Notes: generated from the letters alone by a model not told the origin. Positions 48,495-58,539 are shown, counted from the stretch's first letter. The stretch: 64,000 bases of DNA from an uncultured virus (IMG/VR IMGVR_UViG_3300050509_000576) (IMGVR_UViG_3300050509_000576); one strand, 5' to 3'. Numbers and translations are program-made.

Positions 48495-48836
48495 TTGACG
48501 TCCTCCGCCAGGGAAACCAGGCGGATTCCCAAAACTGGGGCTCCACGTCCGGAGCCGGGTGCTATGCTGTCACCCTTATTTGTTCGAGGTTCTGATCCCT
48601 CGAACCCCCATGCCAGCACCAGGCATGTTAAGTATGGGCATCGTGCTGCCTATGCAGCACTAGGCTGAACACATAGGCTGATGCTGGAGAAGAGTATAGT
48701 ACTTTATAACAAAGAGAAACAGTCAACAAAGACTAAACACGGAAGAGAAAAACCTTGAACAAAGGCTGTTGCCCTGACAGGGCACCCTTTCATTCCCCTG
48801 TCTGCTGAGGCGGACAGCCCCCTGAAAGGTATCTCG
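48495..48836 (-). mobile_element. Non-autonomous IS200/IS605-like element with omegaRNA-like scaffold
   Basis: Subterminal hairpins at both ends; right end ..GGCGGAGGACGTCAA; preceded by CCAC; homologous to 60078-60512 and 9042-9284. Confidence 0.7.
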
Positions 48837-48863
48837 GTGGCATCGTCAGAAAGGAACGTCGCC

Positions 48864-49055
48864 ATGACCAATAGCGACCGCAATTTGCTGAATGCCTTGA
48901 CGACCCAACTCTGCGATAGCCTCGACGCCCTTACGGATACGCTGCAGGAGGTGGGCGCCGCACTGCGGGCACTCCAGGAAACCTCGCCGGCGCCTTTTGT
49001 GACGCGCGAGCATGTGCTCGTCCCGCCGCCGCCGCTGCCGGGTCCCTCGTTGTGA
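48864..49055 (+). CDS. Hypothetical protein (or C-terminal part of the BRO gene)
   Basis: AAAGGA RBS; in frame with BRO once the element is removed. Confidence 0.5.
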   Translation: MTNSDRNLLNALTTQLCDSLDALTDTLQEVGAALRALQETSPAPFVTREHVLVPPPPLPGPSL

Positions 49056-50272
49056 CGTACGGGCGCATCGCGGCGGCGGCCTTCGTGCTCTACGCCATCG
49101 GGCAAGGCGTCGCCGTGCAATCCCATGCCCTGTGGTATCTCCTCCTAGGGCAGGACGGCGGCTGGAGCCGCGCCACGCTGGCCGTGGGGACGATGCTCTT
49201 TCACCTCGCCGCGGCTGGCACGGGCGTCCTGGTCGGCCTCTGGATCGACGGTCACCAGGGCCGGACGCCGCTCGTGTCAGGAACGTTCTGGTTGGTGCTC
49301 GGCTGCCTCTGGCTGGGCGTCGCCCCGTGGCTCTGGGTCGTGTATGGGGGGTTTGTCCTGCTGGGGATGGGCTTTGCCTGCCTGGGGCCGGTGGTTGTCG
49401 GCAAATGGCTCGCCTCCCACGTGCCCGCACACGACCGCACCGCCGCCATGACCCTGGCCACCAGCGGGACGCAAGTCGGGTTGCTCCTCGCCCCGGTCAC
49501 GACCTGGCTGGCCCTGCATGGAGGTCGCACCGTCTTCGGGCTCGCCCTGGCCGCCTGCGCGCTGGCGGTGCTGCCGCTTCAGTCGCTCCTGAGTACGCAG
49601 GCGCATGCCCCTGCGTCAGTCCCGCTCGACGGGCCAGGAGCGGCACCCATGACCCTCACGCAGGCCAAGCGCCAGGGGGCCTACTGGCGCCTTGCTGCGA
49701 GTATCTTCCTGGTGGTCCTGGCGCAAGCCGGCTACGCCGCGCATAGTGTGCTGATTTACGGGTCGCTCACCGACCTCGCCACCGGGGCACAGCTCCTCGC
49801 CCTCTCGGCGGCGTGTGGCGTAGGGACGCGTCTGTGGCTGTGCCTGAAGCCCCCGGCCTGGCCACCGCCCACCCTCGCGGCCGTGGTCTACGGGGTGGAA
49901 GCCGTGGGGCTGGCGCTCCTCGCCTGGGGCGTCGCGCTGCCCGGGGCGATGCTCTTTGGTGCGTGTGCCACGCTCACGCTGATGCTGGAGCCACTGCTCG
50001 CTGCCCACCTCTGCGGCACGCATGCCTACGGCACACTGTACGGTCCCATCTACGCCGGCAGTCGTGTCGCTGCGGCGCTGGGCGCCATGGTCTATGGGGG
50101 AGGGTATGCCGGCACGGGGAGCTATACGCCCGTGCTCTGGGTAATGGCTGGGGGGCTCCTCGTGGCCAGTGCCCTGATCCGGGGAGCGATGCCACTCGCT
50201 GCACCGCAGGCGGCGGACGTCAGCCCGGCTCGCGCTCGCGGGTCGCGACGCGCCACGTTTTCCCGTGAATGA
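49052..50272 (+). CDS. MFS transporter
   Basis: About 12 hydrophobic segments, G.W.D..G.R loop, G...YG.LYG, TGSY. Confidence 0.8.
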   Translation: MTYGRIAAAAFVLYAIGQGVAVQSHALWYLLLGQDGGWSRATLAVGTMLFHLAAAGTGVLVGLWIDGHQGRTPLVSGTFWLVLGCLWLGVAPWLWVVYGGFVLLGMGFACLGPVVVGKWLASHVPAHDRTAAMTLATSGTQVGLLLAPVTTWLALHGGRTVFGLALAACALAVLPLQSLLSTQAHAPASVPLDGPGAAPMTLTQAKRQGAYWRLAASIFLVVLAQAGYAAHSVLIYGSLTDLATGAQLLALSAACGVGTRLWLCLKPPAWPPPTLAAVVYGVEAVGLALLAWGVALPGAMLFGACATLTLMLEPLLAAHLCGTHAYGTLYGPIYAGSRVAAALGAMVYGGGYAGTGSYTPVLWVMAGGLLVASALIRGAMPLAAPQAADVSPARARGSRRATFSRE

Positions 50273-50450
50273 TGTTGTGGACCGTGCCCGGGGAGACGTG
50301 GAACTGCCGGGCCAGGGCCGTTTGGATGCCCCACTCGTCCCGGCGCGCCTGCCAGCAGCACAGAATGCGCCGCGCGTCCGCATTGGTCATTTGTGCCTTG
50401 TGGTGCCGCTCCCCACGCGGGTGCCGCACGTTGTCGTCATCAGGATACAT
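50220..50450 (-). CDS. Small HTH protein resembling HNH-endonuclease C-termini
   Basis: RGE.HHKA..T, LARQF.VS..TV..II.GKTW. Confidence 0.55.
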   Translation of the reverse strand: MYPDDDNVRHPRGERHHKAQMTNADARRILCCWQARRDEWGIQTALARQFHVSPGTVHNIIHGKTWRVATREREPG

Positions 50451-50709
50451 CGTGGGTCTCCTTAGATGGTGTACCGATAAAAGCCATCATGCGTCACGGG
50501 TGCTCCACCCGCCGCCGCCTCCTCGGCCCGGCGCCGCAGCTCGGTCTGCCAGACACAGATCGCCTCGCGGTAGCGCAGGCCGCAGTCCCCGCAGACGACG
50601 TAGACCCACCAGCCACTCTGGCTCAGGGTCGCACAGCGGGCGTGGGCCAGGTCGTGGGCGTGCTGCGCGGGGTGCCTAGCGGGGCAGAAGGATGTCACCT
50701 TTCTTCTCC

Positions 50710-51276
50710 TCAGAGGCACGGGCAGGTCGCCTGGAGCAGGGCCTCCTGAAACACCTGTGCGTACCCCGCGATGGCGTCCGCGCAGTCGAGGCCGTTGACG
50801 ACGCGCCGGGCATTGACATAGTCGCACTGGCCGTCGTCAATATAGTCGCTGACGCTCACCCCGGTAAAGTCCCCGTCGCACATGCCCTCATACAGAATCT
50901 CGGCGGCGTACGCGGCGTGTAAGGCCAGGTCGGGCTGCACGAGCAGGGGGAGGCCGAGCTTGGCCTGCTGATAGGCGTAGTTCTGTTTCCAGGTCAATTG
51001 AATATAGCCCCTTCCAAAATATACCTCTCCGGTCTCTGGATCAGGCACGCCATAGGGGTAGCCCGCGCCACAGCCGTACTCGGCAATCGGTTGCATGGTG
51101 CGGGCCGTTTCGTGGTACGCGGTGGCGAGCATATAGGCGGTCTGCCGCAGGTCAAGCCGGGGCCTGCGGGGCTCCGCGTAGTCGAGCAGATGTTCCAGGC
51201 CATCCACCTGGGACTGCGACAGGGTGCCGTGAAACAGCGGCAGGCGAATAACGTCGTAGAAACGCGCCCGATTCAT
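50710..51276 (-). CDS. Endolysin, glycoside hydrolase family 19-like
   Basis: AYMLAT.YHET..TMQPI.EYG, YFGRG.IQLTW..NY, ARR.VNG.D.A. Confidence 0.85.
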   Translation of the reverse strand: MNRARFYDVIRLPLFHGTLSQSQVDGLEHLLDYAEPRRPRLDLRQTAYMLATAYHETARTMQPIAEYGCGAGYPYGVPDPETGEVYFGRGYIQLTWKQNYAYQQAKLGLPLLVQPDLALHAAYAAEILYEGMCDGDFTGVSVSDYIDDGQCDYVNARRVVNGLDCADAIAGYAQVFQEALLQATCPCL

Positions 51277-51509
51277 GACGGCGCTCCTTCCCCACAGGTG
51301 CACGGATGTTCGCGGTGCACGTGCGTATCGCAGTGCGGGGCATGCACGCCGTTGTCCAGCGACCGCAGTGGTCGTAGTGGCGTGATCACGATACGCGGCA
51401 TACCGAGGACCTTGTCGCTGGGCAGGAGCGGCAGTACGCTATCTAACACCTGCTCCTCGTCATTGGCCTCGCAGGCGATCGTGTAGGTGAGAATGACGCG
51501 GTAGTGCAT
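51273..51509 (-). CDS. Hypothetical protein
   Basis: AGGAGG RBS; coupled to the endolysin gene. Confidence 0.55.
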   Translation of the reverse strand: MHYRVILTYTIACEANDEEQVLDSVLPLLPSDKVLGMPRIVITPLRPLRSLDNGVHAPHCDTHVHREHPCTCGEGAPS

Positions 51510-51518
51510 GCGGCCTCC

Positions 51519-51926
51519 TTACCGTGGGGGTTCGCTGGTCAGGCGGGGCAGTGTCCGCCTGCCAAAGGGAAGACGCTCAAACGTCACCCCGGCCTGGGCG
51601 AGGATGGCGAGCAAATCCGTCATCCATAGGTCTGTCTGGGCGCCAAAATCTTTCAGGTGGTAGAGCATATGGCCGGTGCCGAGGGCGAGCTGGTGGGCCC
51701 GTTCCTCGCCCAGCTCCGCGGTTTTGAGCCGGAAGCGCAAGCCCAGCGGGTGCGTGGCATCTTCTACGACCGCATTGAAGCTAGTAAAGAGTTGGTAGCC
51801 AAACCCCATCTCCTGCGCATTGACGACACAGACGGCGCCGGCCAGGTCGTACTCGCGCATGATGAGCAAGATCATGCTCAGGGCTTCTTGCGTGCGGGGA
51901 TCGTGTAAGCGGCGATCATTTTGCAT
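51519..51926 (-). CDS. Hypothetical protein
   Basis: GGAG RBS, ATG 51926. Confidence 0.55.
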   Translation of the reverse strand: MQNDRRLHDPRTQEALSMILLIMREYDLAGAVCVVNAQEMGFGYQLFTSFNAVVEDATHPLGLRFRLKTAELGEERAHQLALGTGHMLYHLKDFGAQTDLWMTDLLAILAQAGVTFERLPFGRRTLPRLTSEPPR

Positions 51927-52187
51927 CCCATCGTTCTCCGAGGCGAAGGCCAAAGTGCCGCGTAAAGTGCGTATCGGCTTGGGCCGGCTGGGGCAACACG
52001 AGCACCGCGCCATTGGCAAACAGCCAGACCATATGGTGGGGGCGGTCAGCGTCGCGTTTACAGAGCGTGCCGTCGCTGGCACAGTGAAAGAGGCTGTAGG
52101 CGTAGAGGCGGTCGCCATGGGCCGGCACTGCCGAGTCGGTAAACACAGCTACCATCTCCTGCTGACAATAGAGACACCAGGGCGTCA

Positions 52188-52415
52188 TTACGGCTCTTTC
52201 GGCGTCGGGATGCGACGCCATATCTCGCGCCAGGGGGTTTTCAGGCTGTCGCTGGGCCACAGGTTCACCGTGCCATCGCCGTTGTCCTCGACCAGGACCT
52301 CGTCATGCCCACGCCTATAGCCCCGGACGTGCTGAGCGTAGGGAATGGGCGCGTAGCCGTCGAGCACGCTGCGGGGCCAGCGGCCGTAGGGGGAACCGGG
52401 GATCGAGTCACTCAT
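52188..52415 (-). CDS. Hypothetical protein
   Basis: AAGGAG RBS. Confidence 0.5.
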   Translation of the reverse strand: MSDSIPGSPYGRWPRSVLDGYAPIPYAQHVRGYRRGHDEVLVEDNGDGTVNLWPSDSLKTPWREIWRRIPTPKEP

Positions 52416-52904
52416 AGGGGGGCTCCTTGCTGCTCATTGGTGGGCATCACTCATGGTCCCAGGCGCCCTCGCCGAGATACCGTACGCGCACGCACCGCCA
52501 GCCGCGGGGCTGGCCCGTGTAGGCATCCACGACCTGCCGCAGGAAGCGCCCGCAGGTCGGGCACTGGGGCCGGGGCGGGGGTGGATGCTGCATGGCCGTT
52601 GGTCTCCTGTCCACAAAGATGGCGGCTCCCCTCACTGTGACAGAGAGGGTTGTCTCGACCATCCTTGCGCTAATGTGTTACTAAAATCCGCCAAATTAGT
52701 ATGTCCATCACCCGCGCGTTTGTCGTAGGTGCCCAGTCAAGGAGGCCGTGGCTCAGGAAGTTTTGCCGAAATGCCCCTCCAATTGTTCTGGCCTCTCTGA
52801 CGCTCGCAGAGTGGCCTCTTTGCCACGATCAGGCACTCGGGAGTATCTCCAGACGACATTTTGTAACCCCAAGGCCATTTTCGCTTGCAGACACCAAAAA
52901 TGGC

Positions 52905-53846
52905 CTATGAGGCATTTCTGTCCTTCTCTCCCTGCTCCGCCGCCTCCCGCTCCTCCCGCGCAAAAAGATCCTCGCTGCTCAGCTGCGGCGGGGGGGGCGA
53001 CGCCCCCTGGGGCGGCGTATCGGCGGCCTCAGACGCCGCTGGCGGGGGCTCGCGGCGGGTTCCCCGGGCCGGACTCCGCGTGGCGGGGGGGGGCACGACC
53101 TCGCCCGTGACCGTCGCCTCGGGGCCAGGCGGGGCGGTCGCGGGCATGGTCGGATTCAGGACCTCGCCGTAGAGGTCGGCAATCGTCTCGGCCAGCGGGA
53201 CGTCCGGCGCGGGGGGCGCGGGGGTCTGCAGGGCGAGCGCCATGGGGTGGGCCGACTGGCCGGGTTCCGGGTCCCAGTCGGGGAGCCCCAGGCCACAGAT
53301 GGCGAGGGTGACGCGGCGCTTGGCCTTGGTCTCGGCCCGCATCATGCCCGCCGCGCGCTCCGCCACCGTGAGCGGGGTCGTCACTTCCTTGCCGTCGCCG
53401 TCGATCTGCGTCTTAAAGTAGCGCTTGCCCTCCCGGGTCTGTTCCCAGCTGCCTTTGGCCTTCGCCATCGGCACTACGCCCTGGGCCTCTTCCTGCCGCC
53501 CATCCGGGGTACTGGCCCGGACGGTCACCACGTAGAGATCGTCCAGAAACTCGCGGCCGACCACCATGACGCTGACGCGGTGCAGCTTGCGCAGTTGCTC
53601 GGCGCAGCCCTTATCGGGGTAGAGGGTCACCCTGCCGTCGTCGCCCTTGAGCGCTTGGAACGGCTTGGTCAGGGGATTCAGGCCGACACTGCGGCACGTG
53701 GCAATGTAGTAGGCAATGCGCACCTCATCGGTCATCTGGGAGAGATCGCCAACGAGGAGCGCCTGCTCCACCGCTTTGGGGTCGACACTCGGGGGCAGAT
53801 AATCCAGCGTCGTCCGTACTACCTCGGTGCTCACCTCGGTACGCAT
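52905..53846 (-). CDS. Putative single-strand annealing (RecT-like) protein
   Basis: Y..A.C...GLNPLTKPF, M.AETKAKRR..L..CGL, disordered C-terminal tail. Confidence 0.6.
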   Translation of the reverse strand: MRTEVSTEVVRTTLDYLPPSVDPKAVEQALLVGDLSQMTDEVRIAYYIATCRSVGLNPLTKPFQALKGDDGRVTLYPDKGCAEQLRKLHRVSVMVVGREFLDDLYVVTVRASTPDGRQEEAQGVVPMAKAKGSWEQTREGKRYFKTQIDGDGKEVTTPLTVAERAAGMMRAETKAKRRVTLAICGLGLPDWDPEPGQSAHPMALALQTPAPPAPDVPLAETIADLYGEVLNPTMPATAPPGPEATVTGEVVPPPATRSPARGTRREPPPAASEAADTPPQGASPPPPQLSSEDLFAREEREAAEQGEKDRNAS

Positions 53847-53877
53847 AGAAACTCCTTTGCGAAGCAAGACCCCCGCC

Positions 53878-54144
53878 TCACCCCGAGGCGCGTGAGCCTT
53901 TGCGTTGTTGATACTGCGTGCGGCCTCCCGCCCGCTCGCGGGCTTCTCCGGCTCGCACTGCCTGGCAGACGGCGGCGTGTTCTACGAGGCTCCGACTCCG
54001 ATGCACGGGGTCGCCGTCCTCGGGAAAGAAGTGCGCTTCCTCCAGGCTCGTCCAGGTGACCGCATGGGCATCGAGGCGGACGAGCGCGCCGCCGGGCCCC
54101 ACGGCCTCGATCACGTCATGCTGGCACTGTGGGCAGCGGGGCAT
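53878..54144 (-). CDS. Hypothetical zinc-binding protein
   Basis: CPQC..H...C; GGAGGAG RBS. Confidence 0.55.
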   Translation of the reverse strand: MPRCPQCQHDVIEAVGPGGALVRLDAHAVTWTSLEEAHFFPEDGDPVHRSRSLVEHAAVCQAVRAGEARERAGGRTQYQQRKGSRASG

Positions 54145-54146
54145 GG

Positions 54147-54818
54147 CTAGGGCTCCTCCGTGGCCGCGGCCTGGGGGGCCGGGCCTGCGGGCATTGAGCC
54201 CAGCATCACGTCATGAGAAATGCCTAGGCTGTCGTTGGGGGGCTTGGAACGATACCAGCCAATGGGAGCATTGCTCTTGGGCGGCGTGGCACCCTGCTTG
54301 ATGGCATCCCAATACGCTTGTTTGTGGACGCTGCTATGGCAACTGACGCACAAGATTTGCAGATTGTCGGGATGATTGTTGTAATGATCGAAGTCAGTGT
54401 GATGCACACAGAGGTTCTGCGTTCCTCTACAGCGCTCGCAGGCTTCGATGGGCTTGGCATGGCGATAGGCATGGATGCCCGCGTTTTTCCCATGCTTGTA
54501 ATTCCCGTTATCTTTGCCTGAACGAGGTCGAGGCACGATATGGAAGTCCTGTATGCGGCGCCGAATCGACCGGACGGACACCTGGAGTATGCGAGCGATT
54601 TCCTTCTGGGTTTTGCCTTGAATCTCGTAGAGATCTCTCAGGGTCATTTCGGCAATATCGACTTGATTCGTTACGCGGGCTTTGATCCCGTACAACTTCA
54701 TCCACTCGCGCACCGTATAACGATCTACCCCTAGGCTATCCGCGATAGCTTCTTGCGTCATATGCTGAGTGTGGTACATCTGCATGAGCACGTCCCTGGC
54801 TGGTCTCTTGAGGATCAT
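54147..54818 (-). CDS. HTH-HNH endonuclease
   Basis: Two HTH repeats, CERC..L.VHH.D...NN..DNL..LC.SCH..H. Confidence 0.85.
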   Translation of the reverse strand: MILKRPARDVLMQMYHTQHMTQEAIADSLGVDRYTVREWMKLYGIKARVTNQVDIAEMTLRDLYEIQGKTQKEIARILQVSVRSIRRRIQDFHIVPRPRSGKDNGNYKHGKNAGIHAYRHAKPIEACERCRGTQNLCVHHTDFDHYNNHPDNLQILCVSCHSSVHKQAYWDAIKQGATPPKSNAPIGWYRSKPPNDSLGISHDVMLGSMPAGPAPQAAATEEP

Positions 54819-54877
54819 GTGTGCCCCCTTTCTGGCCTAATATGATCGCAGAAAGAGGACAAAAAGGCAACATTATT

Positions 54878-56536
54878 CTATGCCCGTCGTCTCGCATCCA
54901 GGCGGCCGGGTCGCATCGTGCCCAGCTGCCCCTCGCTCTGGCCGTAGGGCTGCATCGCCCGGCCGGGCGTCAGGCGCTGGCCGGTGCCGGTGACTTTGCT
55001 GTAGTCAATGCCATGGTGCGCGCCAAGGACCTCGCCGGCCCCGGCGTAGGGCGGCGAACTGAGGCACGCGTCGAGACTGCCGGGCGCCGTGTCGAGCGGC
55101 TTCTGCATGCAGTACACAACCTCGTGGTTAATCGCGAGGTCGGGGCGCTTCTTCTCGTGCAGGCGCCGAAAGAAGGACTTTCGGTGGGTGGTATGCGTCG
55201 TGTCCGCGCCAAACAGCCCGCCCTGCGTGCCGTGGTCCTCGACGAGCAGCGCGTGGTGCTCGTGCAGGGTGACGAGGCCCAGGGATTCGCATAAAGTTCT
55301 CCATTGTCCTGGAAAATCAACGATTTGCCCATTACGAACATACGATTTCACGACCCATACGGCAATGCCGTTAGGCTTAAGGAGGGCTACGACCTGGGCG
55401 AGTATCTGCTTGCTGGCTTCCCAGAAGGTATGACCGAGATCTTCGCCACGAAATTTCCAGGCAGGCTCGGCACAGTGACACCGTCGTGCCCCCCGTTTGC
55501 GACCACCGCAGAGGGTACACGTTGGGTTGCAGGCAGCATCTCCTGTCGCGCCTAATTGTCCAGGCGTTGTCCCGTAGATTGCATCCATTGAGCCAGGACT
55601 AGCGCCTGCTTCGAGCCTGGCTCTGCTAGGAGTCGCAGACTTGCTATTCGTCTCTTCCATCCATGGCGGGCTGGACACCACCGCCTCCACCGTCCCCGCT
55701 GGCAGGTTCCCCAGTTGCGCCGGGTCGCTGCCGTAGTCCTGGCTGATAGAGGGACCAAGTTTGCCGCCGTGTCCGTGACCATCGCGCACGACTGCGGCAT
55801 GGAGTCGGTCGAGCCTGGCGCGGTCTTTGTCGCGATTATCGCTGTTGCAAAATGGTGGCGACGACAGACACGCATCGAGCGAGCCGGGGGGCAGGTTCCC
55901 CAGTTGCGCCGGGGAGATGCCGTACGTGGCCTCCTTATTGGAACTGGCACGCCGGCCGCGTGCCGGCGTTGCCGGTGTGCCCTTGCCGTGATTGATGTAC
56001 GACCAGCCTGCCGCATAATCCTGGTTACTGCTCGCGTACGGTGGACTACTCACGCAGCACGTCACCTGCTCCCGCAGCACCTCTGCGAGTCGTCTCGAAT
56101 CCCCTTGCAGCAGCGTCGGCGCCACGTACTGCGGCAGGTGCCCATAGCGCCGCTGCCACAACTCCAGGTTGCCGGTGACGTGGTGCGGCGCGTGATCCCC
56201 GTGCTGGCTACAGGCCTCGTGCTTGGCACGACTGCCGCCACAGTCGAAGCCGTGGGCTAACGCCTGAAAACGGCCCTCCAGCTCGCACCCGACCCAGTGA
56301 ATCCCCTGGAGCAGGCAGGGCAGTGCCCCCAGTGCCACGCCCCCGAAGGGGTCAAGGCAGGTGGCCCCTGGCCACAGCCAGCCCTCTTCCAGGGCGTGCG
56401 CGACGAGGCGAAAGGCGAGGCCCTTCGCGAACTTGGCCGGGTGGGCCATACAGGCGTCCGTGGCGATGCCGACCCAGTTGTCTCGGTACAGGCCGGGCCA
56501 GGTGTCGACGGGGTGCGCGGGCGTGGTCGTTGGCAT
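54878..56536 (-). CDS. DNA methyltransferase (N4-C/N6-A type) with repeated SPPY motifs
   Basis: HPAKF, LDPFGG.., G.ELE, GDSR.L, four SSPP(Y/F/W), LKP.G. Confidence 0.8.
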   Translation of the reverse strand: MPTTTPAHPVDTWPGLYRDNWVGIATDACMAHPAKFAKGLAFRLVAHALEEGWLWPGATCLDPFGGVALGALPCLLQGIHWVGCELEGRFQALAHGFDCGGSRAKHEACSQHGDHAPHHVTGNLELWQRRYGHLPQYVAPTLLQGDSRRLAEVLREQVTCCVSSPPYASSNQDYAAGWSYINHGKGTPATPARGRRASSNKEATYGISPAQLGNLPPGSLDACLSSPPFCNSDNRDKDRARLDRLHAAVVRDGHGHGGKLGPSISQDYGSDPAQLGNLPAGTVEAVVSSPPWMEETNSKSATPSRARLEAGASPGSMDAIYGTTPGQLGATGDAACNPTCTLCGGRKRGARRCHCAEPAWKFRGEDLGHTFWEASKQILAQVVALLKPNGIAVWVVKSYVRNGQIVDFPGQWRTLCESLGLVTLHEHHALLVEDHGTQGGLFGADTTHTTHRKSFFRRLHEKKRPDLAINHEVVYCMQKPLDTAPGSLDACLSSPPYAGAGEVLGAHHGIDYSKVTGTGQRLTPGRAMQPYGQSEGQLGTMRPGRLDARRRA

Positions 56537-56733
56537 CTAGGCTATCTCCTTGGCCACACCGCGGCGGCGCAGGGCGGCGTTGTATTGGGTGGCGCGCACG
56601 GTGGCGTGCCACCGGCAGAAAAGCCGCGTGTGGCGGGGCTGTGTTACGCGGCGGATGCGCCACCACGCGTGGCGATGGCGCAGGACATGCGTCGCGGCAC
56701 GGGGCGGCGTCAGGGTACAGTCGACGCAGGGGG

Positions 56734-57258
56734 TCATAGGACCTCGCCCTCCTCTGGCAGGGCCAGGAATCCCGCGGGTGCCCGCATGGTCTCATCGCGT
56801 TGAGGCTGCGAGGCTGCGATGGCCTGGGCGTGCTGGAGTTCCCGGTAGCGGCTTACAAACTCCCTGCGTTTCTGGTCTTCCTTCGTGAGGTCCCAGTTGC
56901 CAAAGCCCCAGTCTAGGATATAGCCGCCGCCCATCGCCTCGAAGACCTGCTTGGTAAGGGGATCGCGTAACGCCTCACGGTTATAGCGGCATTCCAGATT
57001 GCGCAGCCGCTGCCACGCCGCTTCCGCGGCTGGGAGCTTCTCGGTGGCATAGCCCGCCAACTCGCGTAGGGTGGCCGGGACCGGAAAATACTTCTCGCAG
57101 CGGATCGCCTCATGCATGGCCCGCTCGATGGCGTCCCACGCGACATCTTCCAGGGCAGCAAAATAGGCCCGCTTGCGGGCAGCGGAGAGTTCGACGTTGA
57201 ACACCTCGGCGACGGTGTCGAGGGCGAGATAAAAGTCTAGGCGATCATCGTGGGTCAT
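56734..57258 (-). CDS. Replication-associated protein (helicase-loader-like)
   Basis: Y..AL.D, FP.PA.LRE, A..AW, F...Y; directly downstream of the initiator. Confidence 0.6.
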   Translation of the reverse strand: MTHDDRLDFYLALDTVAEVFNVELSAARKRAYFAALEDVAWDAIERAMHEAIRCEKYFPVPATLRELAGYATEKLPAAEAAWQRLRNLECRYNREALRDPLTKQVFEAMGGGYILDWGFGNWDLTKEDQKRREFVSRYRELQHAQAIAASQPQRDETMRAPAGFLALPEEGEVL

Positions 57259-58190
57259 ACTAAGCCATCCTCCTTGAGGAGTTGCTGCGTGACGGCGAGG
57301 TTGCGGAGCCCTTTGGCGCTGACCTTGCTGCCGGTGGGGCCGGGCGTGCGGCGGCCCTGCTCATGCCACTGCTGCGCGGCGGCCCGGTAGTCGTCAAAAT
57401 GTTCGGGCTTGAACGGCGTCGAGGCGTTGAAATTGATGGCCTGGTTCGGCTGCTCGACCACCTTGACGGCCTGCCACCAGTCAATCACCAGCGTGCACTC
57501 CGCGACGGTCGCCTCGTGGTCGAGGAGCGCGGCAATCAGTGTGGGGTTTTTGTGGTCGCGCTTGGTGACCTTGTTGAGATACGCGAGGACCTCGTGTGCC
57601 TCCACCTGGGCTTGGCGATTAAAACTGGCAGCAAAGCCATTATCCCCACCCATACCTCCAGAGGGGTAAGGGGTGTGTGTACTCTCAAGATTAACTTCTT
57701 TCAATTCTTCTTCTTTAAGTCCTTTATAACTAGTGACGGTTTTGCCGACTTCGGTTTTGCCGACTTCGGTTTTGCCGACTTCGGTTTTGCCGACTTCGGT
57801 TAGACCGAGATCGGCAAACCCGTTTTCGGTGTCTTCACCGGGAAACGGCGGGGGTATTTCCTGGTCAAAGGCGGTGTCGTCCTGGGCCAGCTCGGGGGTT
57901 TCATAGATTTTCGTATCCCAGCCTTCCATACGTCCTTGCGTATTGCGCAGTCGTTTGCGACGGATATAGCCCGCGTCTTCGAGTTCTTTCAAGGCCCCAG
58001 CAATGGCCTCTCGGCCCTCTTTAGGAGACTCCTTGGCGAGTTGCTTGATATAGACCCGCCAATTATTGGGCTTCGACATCAGATAGGTGTGGAGCCCCTT
58101 AGCCCGAAAGCTCAGCCGAGCGTCGTTCAATGCGGTAATTTCTAATTGCACATAGGGGGCCGTTTTCTTCGAGGTCCGTGCGACGCTCAT
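57255..58190 (-). CDS. Phage replication initiator (HTH)
   Basis: D.RLS..AKGL..YL.SKP..W, G.EA...ALKELE.AGYI.R; internal iterons. Confidence 0.85.
   Translation of the reverse strand: MSVARTSKKTAPYVQLEITALNDARLSFRAKGLHTYLMSKPNNWRVYIKQLAKESPKEGREAIAGALKELEDAGYIRRKRLRNTQGRMEGWDTKIYETPELAQDDTAFDQEIPPPFPGEDTENGFADLGLTEVGKTEVGKTEVGKTEVGKTVTSYKGLKEEELKEVNLESTHTPYPSGGMGGDNGFAASFNRQAQVEAHEVLAYLNKVTKRDHKNPTLIAALLDHEATVAECTLVIDWWQAVKVVEQPNQAINFNASTPFKPEHFDDYRAAAQQWHEQGRRTPGPTGSKVSAKGLRNLAVTQQLLKEDGLV
57737..57826. repeat. Iteron-like 15-bp repeats (putative origin)
   Basis: Four perfect CGGTTTTGCCGACTT plus two degenerate copies, next to an AT-rich tract. Confidence 0.75.
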
Positions 58191-58332
58191 GGCGGTGTCC
58201 CACTGATTAGATTTTCGCGTTTGAATGCGCTATGATTTCATTCGGTAGCCAAAACGTACCCAGATCATAACTATAATTTGGTTGCATTGCAATACTAAAA
58301 TAGGTATTCTTACTGGCAAAGGAGGTGCATCT

Positions 58333-58539
58333 ATGGCACGCAGCAAGGCAGCTTCGGACGCGATCGAGTCGTTGACCGTACGCTTTCCCAAGGAGGTATT
58401 GCAAGCACTGCGCGAGAGCGCCAAGGCCAATGATCGCAGCCTGAACCAAGAGATTGTGAATGTAACACGGCGTCGCGTAAAGTCCCATCAAACTACGCAA
58501 AGAGACCATGATCTTGTGTGCTCCAATACCGAGGAATGA
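58333..58539 (+). CDS. Arc-family repressor
   Basis: LTVRFP.E....L...A..NDRSLNQEIV; divergent AT-rich promoter region upstream. Confidence 0.85.
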   Translation: MARSKAASDAIESLTVRFPKEVLQALRESAKANDRSLNQEIVNVTRRRVKSHQTTQRDHDLVCSNTEE

